Program-made: the position numbers and the translations under genes | Shown: positions 1 to 8,102 of the stretch, in pieces | Numbering within the stretch: position 1 is the stretch's first letter | Layout of the letters: each line of letters opens with the position of its first letter | The notes under the pieces: generated by a model | What the model was told of the DNA's origin: nothing | The model's input: only the letters and a program-made list of their open reading frames with translations | Database searches by the model: none | Virus record (IMG/VR): IMGVR_UViG_3300031746_002572 | Source of the DNA: an uncultured virus (IMG/VR IMGVR_UViG_3300031746_002572) | Taxonomy: Duplodnaviria > Heunggongvirae > Uroviricota > Caudoviricetes | Direction: 5' to 3' (one strand) | Length of the DNA: 20,000 nt

Positions 1-207
1 GCTTTTGAACAATGGATTAAATCAAAACAACAATGTGATTTTGAAATTTTCATGGAAACAAAAGAAGGAGAATCTTACAAAGATAAAGAAATGATTTCAT
101 GTATAAATTGTGGAAAATTAATTTTATATTGTAATATACCAGAAATTGCTATGGGGGCTATTAAATGTCCGTATTGCAATAAAATTATAAATCAAGAAGG
201 ATTTTAA
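1..207 (+). CDS. 5'-truncated zinc-ribbon protein
   Basis: Frame 1 is open from position 1 to TAA at 205-207 (AFEQWIK...CINC...CPYC...EGF*). It has two CxxC pairs and the stop directly abuts the ATG at 208. Confidence 0.7.
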   Translation, partial: AFEQWIKSKQQCDFEIFMETKEGESYKDKEMISCINCGKLILYCNIPEIAMGAIKCPYCNKIINQEGF

Positions 208-861
208 ATGACGCATCAAGAATACGCGCTTAAAAATAAAAAAAGATTGATTGATTTTTTAATCGCAAAAGATATAGAAAAAATACATTTTATAGGAATA
301 GACAGGTCTTTAACGGCGACAGGATTTGCTGTTGTGAATGCGGGAAAATGTATAAAATCATTTGAAATAGGATCAAAGGAATATGGAGATAATAGACTGT
401 ATGATATAGGTAAACAATATATTGTAAATATAATGTCTTATTCAAATAATTTTGTATGTATGGAAAATTATGCTTATGGTATTAGTAATAGCCAATCATT
501 AACCGGGTTAGGTGAACTTGGGGGAGTTTGTAAGGTTTTTTTTCGTATGAAAAATATAGATTATTTGTCTGTTGCTCCTACTTTGTTAAAGAAATATGTT
601 TCTGGGTCTGGTATATCAAGTAAAACACAAATGATGATGTTTGTGTTGAAAAAATTTAAGATAGAACCTGTTTCGGATAATACCGCTGACGCTATTGGGT
701 TAGCTTATTTAATTTATAATACTATTAGATATGCCAAAGGCAATAAAAACTATACGCAAAAAGAGATCGAATGTTTTGATTCATTTTTATCATGTGAACC
801 AAAGAAGAAAAATATAAAGAAAAGATTGTTGCAAAATGAATTAGACTTGATAGATGGCTAG
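208..861 (+). CDS. ruvC: RuvC-like Holliday junction resolvase (phage type)
   Basis: RuvC motif order is present: FIGIDRSLTATG (first catalytic Asp), CMENY (Glu), GELGG, PTLLKKYVSGSG, DNTADAIGLA (DxxD). Confidence 0.85.
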   Translation: MTHQEYALKNKKRLIDFLIAKDIEKIHFIGIDRSLTATGFAVVNAGKCIKSFEIGSKEYGDNRLYDIGKQYIVNIMSYSNNFVCMENYAYGISNSQSLTGLGELGGVCKVFFRMKNIDYLSVAPTLLKKYVSGSGISSKTQMMMFVLKKFKIEPVSDNTADAIGLAYLIYNTIRYAKGNKNYTQKEIECFDSFLSCEPKKKNIKKRLLQNELDLIDG

Positions 862-1417
862 AAGAAAAATGATAAAATCACTATGGAATGTCGATCCTTG
901 TGATTTAACAGAGAAAAATATAGTTTATTTATTACAACATCCAATAGTAAGCGCGGTTATTAATAAAACCGTAAAAAGTTTATATTTTCGTTATAAAGAT
1001 TATTTTAAAGTAGATGAATTAAAATGCGCGGCTCGTGAAGGGGCATGGAAAGCTATTAAAACGCATGATCCTGGCCGTGGTGAACTTATACAACACATGA
1101 GTTATGTATGCCGCGCTTATGTGAACAGATATATAGAGACTGGGTTAAGACGTAATAAATACGAACAGAATTTTGGCGATAACGTATATTATGTTTATAA
1201 TAATAGCGATGAAATCAGCGATGAAATTTTAAATTCGATTACTGTAAATAAGATTTTAGATCAAATGAAAAATAAAGACAGGAATTTATTGGAACGGCAT
1301 TATTTAATGAATTATAAAATAAAGGATTCAATGACGATAAATAGGTTAAAATATAAATTATATAAAAAGAGATTGGAAAAGGCACTTCATCATGCAAGAG
1401 AAATTTCAGATAAATAA
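854..1417 (+). CDS. sigma70-family-like RNA polymerase sigma factor (divergent)
   Basis: Region 2-like DELKCAAREGAWKAIKTHDPGRG...SYVCRAYV (cf. DLxQxGxxGLxxAxxxFDPxRG). Region 4-like ILDQMKNKDRNLLERHY. Overlaps ruvC by 8 nt. Confidence 0.7.
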   Translation: MARRKMIKSLWNVDPCDLTEKNIVYLLQHPIVSAVINKTVKSLYFRYKDYFKVDELKCAAREGAWKAIKTHDPGRGELIQHMSYVCRAYVNRYIETGLRRNKYEQNFGDNVYYVYNNSDEISDEILNSITVNKILDQMKNKDRNLLERHYLMNYKIKDSMTINRLKYKLYKKRLEKALHHAREISDK

Positions 1418-1880
1418 ATCATATATTTTTGTAGATTGTGAATATATTTATACTTGCGCTGTGCATGAAGGTAAAATACCTAATTACAAATTTATTTTAG
1501 ATATACTTAATAAAGATCATCCTGCTTCAACAAAAATAGCTTATTTTGTCGGAGCAATGAGTCATAAAAAAGGTATTGCTGATTATTTGATTAAAATTGG
1601 TTTTGAATATGTAAATGTATTGAATTTTATTAATGCTTCAAAAACTCAAATTATAAGTTCGGCAATGTCTGTGGATGTGGCTAAATTATTATTTGCGATA
1701 ACGTGTGAAAAATTTATTTTTATAAGCGGAGATGATTATATGCTTAATATCATAGATTTTTTAAATGAAAAAACAGATAAAATATGCGTATATTATTTCC
1801 CTTTAATATTTAACAACGGATTAATTAATAAATGTCTTTTAACAAGATTGCCTGATTCATGTTTTATGTATTCAAAATAA
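1392..1880 (+). CDS. NYN/LabA (PIN-like) domain protein
   Basis: IFVDCEY near the N-terminus, MSVD, and FIFISGDD match the acidic motif layout of NYN domains. Confidence 0.7.
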   Translation: MQEKFQINKSYIFVDCEYIYTCAVHEGKIPNYKFILDILNKDHPASTKIAYFVGAMSHKKGIADYLIKIGFEYVNVLNFINASKTQIISSAMSVDVAKLLFAITCEKFIFISGDDYMLNIIDFLNEKTDKICVYYFPLIFNNGLINKCLLTRLPDSCFMYSK

Positions 1881-1899
1881 TTCAGGTAGAAAAAGACTA

Positions 1900-2421
1900 G
1901 TGCGTGCTCCCACGATTCGTAGAATTTTTATTGATAATAAAATAAGATTTTTATTATCAATAAATAAAAATCTTACAGAACGGGATATTGGGGTCATATT
2001 AGGTGTTAAAGGTATTGTAAGAGAATATTTTTATTATACTGCCTTAGTTAATTCTATTAAAAAATATAAACCATTGAATCCAAAATTTAATATACCGTTA
2101 AGTCGTAATAGATTCACAAAAAAAAATAAAAAGATACGGAAACCATGTTATATATATAAAGATGAAAAAAACGATGCTACAAATAGACTAAAGAAAAAAT
2201 TATGTTATATATTGACCCGTGAAAATCAAATGAAACCATATAAGGATATAGAATTAAAACAAATGCCGACATTACACCACACAAATATAATATATTTAAG
2301 AAATATTACTAATATTCCCTGTACGCGGCAAAGAAAAAGAATTTATTTTCTTAGGGGTCGGATGATTTGGAAATCAAATAAAAAGCATGTAATTTGTAAG
2401 AAAAAAATAAAACTATTTTAG
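1900..2421 (+). CDS. basic protein with a degenerate sigma54 (RpoN) C-terminal DNA-binding-like domain
   Basis: LKKKLCYILTRENQMKPYKDIEL...YLRNITNIPCTRQRKR parallels the RpoN C-terminus (IxxEDxxKPLSDxxI...KYRExLxIPSSxxRKR), but the RpoN box ARRTVAKYRE is not conserved. GTG start. Confidence 0.5.
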   Translation: MRAPTIRRIFIDNKIRFLLSINKNLTERDIGVILGVKGIVREYFYYTALVNSIKKYKPLNPKFNIPLSRNRFTKKNKKIRKPCYIYKDEKNDATNRLKKKLCYILTRENQMKPYKDIELKQMPTLHHTNIIYLRNITNIPCTRQRKRIYFLRGRMIWKSNKKHVICKKKIKLF

Positions 2422-2663
2422 ATCATATTTAACATTTTCGATATATCTACAGATGATTTAAATTTAAGCCTATATCCTTTTTTGCTTTTTTTAACTAAAA
2501 ACGTGCCAATGTCTTCGAGTTCTAAATTTTCTTTATTTAATATATTTTTTCGTATAATACGTAAAAAATGTTCAATAAGTTCTAATGAAGTAGAAAGATC
2601 AGGAATCCCTGTGTGGTCATCTAATAACTGTTGCGCCAGTTTTTTATTTATTTCATTGCCCAT
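2418..2663 (-). CDS. HU/IHF-like DNA-binding protein with a shortened arm
   Basis: 81 aa: NKKLAQQL helix, IEHFLRIIRKNILNKENLELEDIGTFLV (cf. GFGTF) and LKFKSS (cf. FKPS). Confidence 0.7.
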   Translation of the reverse strand: MGNEINKKLAQQLLDDHTGIPDLSTSLELIEHFLRIIRKNILNKENLELEDIGTFLVKKSKKGYRLKFKSSVDISKMLNMI

Positions 2664-2842
2664 TTAATTCCTTTTTTAATAATAGCACTAAATAAATTAT
2701 AAGTGTGTTCGGTAGTTAATTGTATTGTATTATTTTTTTCTTTTAATATAATATCGCCCGTTTTAGGATTTAAGTAGGCTATAGGACATTTTTTTTTCCC
2801 ACAACACAAATGAATAAGACTATAATCTTTACCTATTGTCAT
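2648..2842 (-). CDS. small Cys-containing hypothetical protein
   Basis: 64 aa with CCGKKKC; overlaps both neighbours in the operon. Confidence 0.6.
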   Translation of the reverse strand: MTIGKDYSLIHLCCGKKKCPIAYLNPKTGDIILKEKNNTIQLTTEHTYNLFSAIIKKGIKWAMK

Positions 2843-3201
2843 AATTTCTCCATTGTTTCGTCAAATTTTTTTTCTGATCGTTTCATTATCTGTTCTATTG
2901 ATAAATTTAATATAGAATCCATAATAATACAACAAAAATTTAAAACTAATGTGTTAATGAACCATTCTAAAAGAATTTCGAACCCTTTTACATTCATTAT
3001 AATAGGGCGAGAAAACAAACATACAATCATTGCAAATTTACCGATAAAACAAAATCTACAAAAGAAAAATTTATGCCAGAATTTACTTTTTTTATAAAGT
3101 TTGATTTGAAAAGAATCAAATATGTGTTGTCCTATAATATATTCTGTTATCATAGATATACAGATAGTATATATAATTAAAGCCAAAAAATCAAAACTCA
3201 T
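2839..3201 (-). CDS. membrane protein, DUF1360-like
   Basis: Hydrophobic segments flank FFFCRFC (a CxxC in a membrane context). ATGA overlap with the next gene. Confidence 0.5.
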   Translation of the reverse strand: MSFDFLALIIYTICISMITEYIIGQHIFDSFQIKLYKKSKFWHKFFFCRFCFIGKFAMIVCLFSRPIIMNVKGFEILLEWFINTLVLNFCCIIMDSILNLSIEQIMKRSEKKFDETMEKL

Positions 3202-3205
3202 TTAA

Positions 3206-3340
3206 TTAAAAATATCCTATTTTAATTCTTCTATTCTGACTACTCCCACGACTAAAGTCGTGGGGTTCTATTTTATTTGGAAACTCAAAATTCATTTTAG
3301 CATCATAAATTTGTGCTTTTAATATTTTTGTTTTTCTCAT
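3206..3340 (-). CDS. 44-aa ORF reading through the IS-end hairpin (may be non-functional)
   Basis: MRKTKILKAQ...IEPHDFSRGSSQNRRIKIGYF*, preceded by GAAGGA. Below the ORF-track cut-off. Confidence 0.3.
   Translation of the reverse strand: MRKTKILKAQIYDAKMNFEFPNKIEPHDFSRGSSQNRRIKIGYF
3237..3270 (-). mobile_element. orphan IS200/IS605-family right-end-like hairpin
   Basis: Perfect inverted repeat CCCACGACT-AA-AGTCGTGGG (3245-3264). The minus strand reads TAGAACCCCACGACTTTAGTCGTGGGAGTAGTCA, the layout typical of tnpB-element right ends. No tnpA or tnpB in the window. Confidence 0.6.
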
Positions 3341-3353
3341 TGCGAGTGTTCCT

Positions 3354-3530
3354 TCAAAATTTTATTACCGAGTTTTGCACTTTAGCCGGTTGTACGTTGG
3401 TCTGATTTTGAAGCCGCGCATTCATTGGACATTGATATTCCGCGCAATCATAATATTTCAATATTTTGCAAATATTGTTTTTTGTTAATTCTGGACAAAA
3501 TTTTCGTAAGTCTTTAAAATTTACTTCCAT
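3354..3530 (-). CDS. 58-aa Cys-rich hypothetical protein
   Basis: MEVNFKDLRKFCPELTKNNICKILKYYDCAEYQCPM...VIKF*. AAGGA upstream; start overlaps the methyltransferase stop. Confidence 0.55.
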   Translation of the reverse strand: MEVNFKDLRKFCPELTKNNICKILKYYDCAEYQCPMNARLQNQTNVQPAKVQNSVIKF

Positions 3531-4063
3531 ATTTTTCCTTTCTTTTGTGCCACTCTTAAAATTATTTCGGTATTACCTTTATATCCTCGCTGATAATATA
3601 AGCAACCAACAGGGAAACCAAAAGCGAATCCATGTTGCTGTCCTCCACCCATGTATAATATTTCTTTCAGACCCCCGTACTGTTCTACCATTTGCATTAT
3701 CTTATTGCTCTTTAATGCTTTAGCGACGGGAACAAAAAGAACGATATTATCCGCAACCATAAAACAATGCTCTAAAAAATTATCGTAAATAGAATATGGT
3801 GGGTTAGTCATTATCCAATCAACCTTTTTATTCCACTTAAAAAAATCTATTCCATCCTCTATTTCACAACGATATTTTGGCTGGTTGAATAAATCGAAAA
3901 AAACATTTTTACCTGCGGCTGGTTCTAAAATCGTTCCTTTTGGTTTATACCAACCATAAATAAATTTTGCAGTTTCTTTTTTTGTCATCACGCTATCTGA
4001 TGCAGTAGCAACTCCGCTTTTATTTGCTTTTGTTGGTTTTCCTTTTCTGGCGCAAAAATTCAT
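3521..4063 (-). CDS. DNA N6-adenine methyltransferase (small phage type)
   Basis: Motif I-like ILEPAAGKNVF, then EIEDGIDFF, then catalytic MTNPPYS. GAGGA upstream. Confidence 0.85.
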   Translation of the reverse strand: MNFCARKGKPTKANKSGVATASDSVMTKKETAKFIYGWYKPKGTILEPAAGKNVFFDLFNQPKYRCEIEDGIDFFKWNKKVDWIMTNPPYSIYDNFLEHCFMVADNIVLFVPVAKALKSNKIMQMVEQYGGLKEILYMGGGQQHGFAFGFPVGCLYYQRGYKGNTEIILRVAQKKGKIWK

Positions 4064-4089
4064 ATTAAAAGTTCCTCAAATTTTATTTC

Positions 4090-4161
4090 TGCCAACGTAT
4101 GATAAAGTAAGAAGTTGCGCTTCGCAATTTAGCCTTGCGCCTTACTTTGCTCTGTTGGTTG
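4090..4161 (-). mobile_element. attC-like recombination hairpin
   Basis: Minus strand: CAACCAAC-5 nt-AAAGTAAG...CTTACTTT-7 nt-GTTGGCA, with an inner AAGTTGCG/CGCAATTT stem and GCTTCGC apex (plus strand). It overlaps the stop of the upstream ORF. Confidence 0.6.
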
Positions 4162-4455
4162 ATGGCCTGCCGTTCCGATATTCGCGGGCGCATGTCCTTG
4201 TAAAAATTCCTCAATTGCTTCACGACATTGATTGCATACACTTCTTGCCCTTTCATTGTTCGCGCAATCAAGGGCATTCCTTAATAATTCTCTTCCTCTT
4301 CTGCCTGATAATCTTTCATGCTCAAATACTTTTGTTGCTTCTTCGGCTTCTAAATTTGCAGCATCCCAAGCTAAAGACGCAACCGTTAACCTATGGGCTA
4401 CTTCTCTCTCAGGACATTCAAAAACCAAAGAGTCTAAATATTCTTTTTTTGTCAT
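4129..4455 (-). CDS. hypothetical protein carried in a cassette-like unit
   Basis: The ORF track gives 4129..4500; the ATG at 4455 (MTKKEYLDSL) has an AGGAG SD and is the likelier start. Contains CxxC and is visibly more GC-rich than the surroundings. Confidence 0.65.
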   Translation of the reverse strand: MTKKEYLDSLVFECPEREVAHRLTVASLAWDAANLEAEEATKVFEHERLSGRRGRELLRNALDCANNERARSVCNQCREAIEEFLQGHAPANIGTAGHQPTEQSKAQG

Positions 4456-4504
4456 TCTTCGATTCTCCTGCGCCCGCTCCGTAATTAGGCAGGCTTTCAA
4501 CCAA

Positions 4505-4750
4505 CTAGTGATATGTTGTCATTCCCTTATTTAACACTTTATCAACAAACGGTTTAAATTTTTCAGATAATTTAAAACCATCTCGAATCAATTGATTAAT
4601 TACAGCATATCTAATGTATTTTGATCTTGTTCTACATTTAATTTTACTTGCCATAATAAGTGCTTTATCTGCCAATTCAGGTTCAAGATAAATTTTGTAG
4701 TTTTTTCTTAATGAATTCGTATCCATATATCTATAAATACAATTATTCAA
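4505..4750 (-). CDS. ribbon-helix-helix (CopG-like) DNA-binding protein
   Basis: YKIYLEPELADKALIMASKIKCRTRSKYIRYAV: alternating beta strand, helix, then the RS-x-hIRxA second helix. Confidence 0.65.
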   Translation of the reverse strand: MNNCIYRYMDTNSLRKNYKIYLEPELADKALIMASKIKCRTRSKYIRYAVINQLIRDGFKLSEKFKPFVDKVLNKGMTTYH

Positions 4751-4769
4751 AACCTTATTGCAAAAAAGA

Positions 4770-5798
4770 TTATAAAAAATTTAATATAAATTCGGATCGT
4801 TTAATATAATTTTCATTAGAAATAAAATCATTTAAAGTATCTTTATCAATACTATCATAAGTTTCTATATATTTTTCTAAATTTCTTTTAATATTATCTT
4901 TAGGCAATAATATAGGAAATTGGCAATTAGAAAAATAAATATTCATATAATCCATGATTGTTGTTCTTTCAATATTACATAACGGTATTGCTCCGCAGCC
5001 TAAAGCGTTAAAAAATCTGGGATTCGGGCTAACTGCCGAATTAACTATTTGTCTGCATTTAATACCACTCATAATAACATTAACTTTGATACCTGTTTCA
5101 TTTACTAATCTTATTGGATTTATAACAAATTTAGACATCGAATATGATTCTAATTCTTTATGATGAGGAATTAATTTAGGTTCTTGATTAAACATACTTA
5201 TGTCATAGGATAGCGAACCTTGATCTTGCATTTCAAATAGCGGCATTATACTACCCGCTATATATTTTTTACACTGAATTTCATTTATTTGTTTTAAATA
5301 GTCCATACGATTTTTATAAAAAGTACAGATATAACATAAATCTATATTTCTTTCTTCATTTTTTTTGTATAGATACAAATGGTCAAAAGCCAATGGTAAA
5401 TAAATAAAACCAAGTTTTGAAAACGATTCAGCTACGATTTTTTCATTTGTAAATTTTTTATCAAATAAATGTTGGATACTTAAAATAGTTTCAGTGGAAT
5501 AAGGATCATCTGTATTAATACTAAAAAATCTTATACCTTGTTGTTTTTTTATAAGCATTAAATATGTAGCCGTAATAGTAGTAAGATAACTGGGTTGAAT
5601 AAAAATTATGATTTTATAATTACCTGTACTGATTTTATAATATAAATTATGATTTAATATTTCAATAGAAGATGAGGAATCATAATAGTATTCAAAATCA
5701 ATGCCCAAAACTTCAAATGCTTTTTTATAAGCTTCTGCTATTAAAGTAATGCCTATATGAATTGAATTAGATACGAGAAGAATTTTATTATTTTCCAT
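4770..5798 (-). CDS. CgeB-family (GT-B type) glycosyltransferase-like protein
   Basis: TDDPY, YLPLAFD, YSMSKFVIN, NPRFFNALGCGA and C-terminal NYIKRSEFIL match the CgeB/DUF3880 pattern. Confidence 0.75.
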   Translation of the reverse strand: MENNKILLVSNSIHIGITLIAEAYKKAFEVLGIDFEYYYDSSSSIEILNHNLYYKISTGNYKIIIFIQPSYLTTITATYLMLIKKQQGIRFFSINTDDPYSTETILSIQHLFDKKFTNEKIVAESFSKLGFIYLPLAFDHLYLYKKNEERNIDLCYICTFYKNRMDYLKQINEIQCKKYIAGSIMPLFEMQDQGSLSYDISMFNQEPKLIPHHKELESYSMSKFVINPIRLVNETGIKVNVIMSGIKCRQIVNSAVSPNPRFFNALGCGAIPLCNIERTTIMDYMNIYFSNCQFPILLPKDNIKRNLEKYIETYDSIDKDTLNDFISNENYIKRSEFILNFL

Positions 5799-5808
5799 GA
5801 AGTTTTCT

Positions 5809-5961
5809 TTATTTAAGTGATTCTTTAGTTAATCTTTTGATTTCTTTATCAATTAATCTTTCGATTTCTTCATCTCTTGGCCTTGGACTAAAAAGATAAA
5901 TTTTTGTAGCAATAATACCAATTATTAAAATAATAATTACTGCAATGGTATAAGATGTCAT
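5809..5961 (-). CDS. 50-aa single-pass membrane protein
   Basis: MTSYTIAVIIILIIGIIATKIYLF followed by a charged tail. AAGGA SD; fills the gap between track ORFs. Confidence 0.6.
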   Translation of the reverse strand: MTSYTIAVIIILIIGIIATKIYLFSPRPRDEEIERLIDKEIKRLTKESLK

Positions 5962-6014
5962 ATATTATTCCTTTATGATAGAGTTTTATAACACCAGACA
6001 ACGGCGGTGTAAAT

Positions 6015-6218
6015 TTACTCCGCTATACTTTTTATTTTCTTGTTATTCCATTGTTCAGTAGTCATAATTATATGATGACCACACGCTCCTTTAACTATTC
6101 TCTTATTACAATTAAAGTCAGCACAAATTATACAACTATAACAGGAATTCAATTCACATAAATCCCTAATATTAAGTCCAGGATATTTTATTAAAATATT
6201 AATTATTTCTTTATTCAT
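6015..6218 (-). CDS. small Cys-rich hypothetical protein
   Basis: 67 aa with CYSCIIC...C; co-oriented with neighbours. Confidence 0.6.
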   Translation of the reverse strand: MNKEIINILIKYPGLNIRDLCELNSCYSCIICADFNCNKRIVKGACGHHIIMTTEQWNNKKIKSIAE

Positions 6219-6226
6219 ATAGGGTA

Positions 6227-6445
6227 TTAGTGTTTATTAAAGCGCGGCTTTTTTGATTCCTTTTTTTCCCATGAACTAAAAATTGATTGCTTTCTTTTAT
6301 CTTCATAATCAAACAGGCATTCTTGGCATTTTAAATCAGAACAACAATTTTGCATTATCTTGGTATTTTCGCAACATGACATCATGCGGCCAAGAATTCC
6401 AATACCTTTAAAATTTGGTACGAAAAGTCCTTTGTATTTTTTCAT
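6227..6445 (-). CDS. small Cys-rich hypothetical protein
   Basis: 72 aa with CC...CC...CQECLF; AGGA SD. Confidence 0.65.
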   Translation of the reverse strand: MKKYKGLFVPNFKGIGILGRMMSCCENTKIMQNCCSDLKCQECLFDYEDKRKQSIFSSWEKKESKKPRFNKH

Positions 6446-6552
6446 TTTTTTATTTTCCTATTTCACAGGGTGAACAGGTAATCGGCAGAGTAAATTTTAT
6501 TCATTAATAATTATTCTGCCTATTCACGATTTTTAGTTATTTCTTTCCATCT

Positions 6553-7182
6553 TTAGATTTTTTCGTAATATATGCCTATCGAAATTGCAAATTGATATGC
6601 CCCGTCTAGAATTAAAACACATCTTTTTTTTGAACTCTTTGCAATAGCTTGAGCACAGAATTCTTTTAAGTCATTTATATCGTCGCCATTTATACAATGA
6701 CCATCGGTATTGTCGAATTCAACGTTACCTACAAAATTTAATATCTTTTTATCATAAGTACCGGCTACTGGAATTAAATGAGGGGCTTTTCTAATCATAT
6801 CGAAACTGATTTTATCTATTTCTTTTTTATGAATAAAATTTGAATCTTCGGATAAATAAATATCTAATGCACAATTAAGGCAAAATTGTTCCCCATTTAC
6901 TATAGTATAATAATCTTCCCATGTATAATTTTCTATATGTAATTTTCCACAGTTATTACAATAGAAATAACCTTCACATACAATACCGGATGAATTATGG
7001 TGTCCTTCACATAAAGCTATTTCACCTTTTGGATAATTAGAAAATACATCATAATATTCTTGCCATATCAAAGCTTTTTTATTGCAATAATCACAACTAT
7101 TTTTTTCATGTATATTTTGTTTGTTTTTATAATTCTTTTCAGCCACTGTATTAAGTCTGCTAATGTCTGGTAGTGCCCACAT
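6553..7182 (-). CDS. zinc-binding hypothetical protein
   Basis: 209 aa with CDYC, CEGH, CNNC and CLNC; AAGGAG SD. Confidence 0.75.
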   Translation of the reverse strand: MWALPDISRLNTVAEKNYKNKQNIHEKNSCDYCNKKALIWQEYYDVFSNYPKGEIALCEGHHNSSGIVCEGYFYCNNCGKLHIENYTWEDYYTIVNGEQFCLNCALDIYLSEDSNFIHKKEIDKISFDMIRKAPHLIPVAGTYDKKILNFVGNVEFDNTDGHCINGDDINDLKEFCAQAIAKSSKKRCVLILDGAYQFAISIGIYYEKI

Positions 7183-7230
7183 ATTTAAACTCCTTTATTT
7201 AATTGTTTTATACTAATAAATACAAATAAA

Positions 7231-7596
7231 TTAATTCTTATTGCAAATATTAATTAAATATAATTCTAAATTATCTAATTGTTTCCATTGATCAGGATGA
7301 TTCATAGATTGCCAGCATGACCAGCATATATTTCCTAATGATGTTTGCGTGAATATCGAAGCGGAATATTCATTATAACAGATAGGACACGAAATGTTTT
7401 TAAATAAACTTATGATAAATAGTTCTTCTTCTATATTCCCAATATTTATACTGGCTTCGTGGATAGGTTTAAACATACCTTGATTTTTTTTATATAAAAT
7501 TATTTTTGTGTTTGTCGGCGTTATTATAGGCAAATAATAAAAATTTTCAATGGTGTTGCCGTAAATAATTAATTCTTTAAATGATAATTTATTCAT
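7231..7596 (-). CDS. zinc-finger hypothetical protein
   Basis: 121 aa with CPIC and CWSC. Confidence 0.65.
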   Translation of the reverse strand: MNKLSFKELIIYGNTIENFYYLPIITPTNTKIILYKKNQGMFKPIHEASINIGNIEEELFIISLFKNISCPICYNEYSASIFTQTSLGNICWSCWQSMNHPDQWKQLDNLELYLINICNKN

Positions 7597-7601
7597 AGTT
7601 A

Positions 7602-8078
7602 TTAATGTTTAACTTGTGAACAAATGACTATTAAATCCAATAGAATTAAAAAAGATATAAGAAATAGCCAACCAAACGAAATCTTTGGTTTTTTAATGTT
7701 TTTGTCTTCTATTTTTATTATAGCTTGTTCGCATATTGTTTTAATCAGTTCTTTCGCTTCCATACGTTCAGATATATTAATAATAAAATCTAAATTACAG
7801 TTAATTAAACCATTGTAGTAAAAAAAATCATATTTACTTATGTTTAATGCTCTTGTGCTGATATAAATTTTTCCTTCGGCATTTATGATTTTATTGTTTT
7901 CGTCTAACTTTAAATAAGTTATTTTTACTTGATCTAATTTTATTCTTTCATCATTAAATTTATTATTTTTTATTAGAATAAAATTATTTGATTCATTATT
8001 GCAAATATAGAAATCATTATCTTGTTTTTCTAACTTTTTTAATGCTTGTTTGTATTCATTTATTTCTTTGATTTTCAT
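7602..8078 (-). CDS. hypothetical protein with a C-terminal transmembrane anchor
   Basis: 158 aa ending FGWLFLISFLILLDLIVIC. Confidence 0.65.
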   Translation of the reverse strand: MKIKEINEYKQALKKLEKQDNDFYICNNESNNFILIKNNKFNDERIKLDQVKITYLKLDENNKIINAEGKIYISTRALNISKYDFFYYNGLINCNLDFIINISERMEAKELIKTICEQAIIKIEDKNIKKPKISFGWLFLISFLILLDLIVICSQVKH

Positions 8079-8102
8079 AATTAATTACTTTCAAATTTAT
8101 TG

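Noticed and set aside
4083..4277. 64-aa minus-strand ORF
   Set aside because: It overlaps the SD-led 4129-4455 ORF out of frame and runs through the attC-like hairpin.
5987..6046. Further attC-like site (ATAAC...GCGGAGTAAATTTACACCGC...GTTAT on minus)
   Set aside because: A central near-palindrome and matching outer cores exist, but the intervening arms do not pair. Too degenerate to call.
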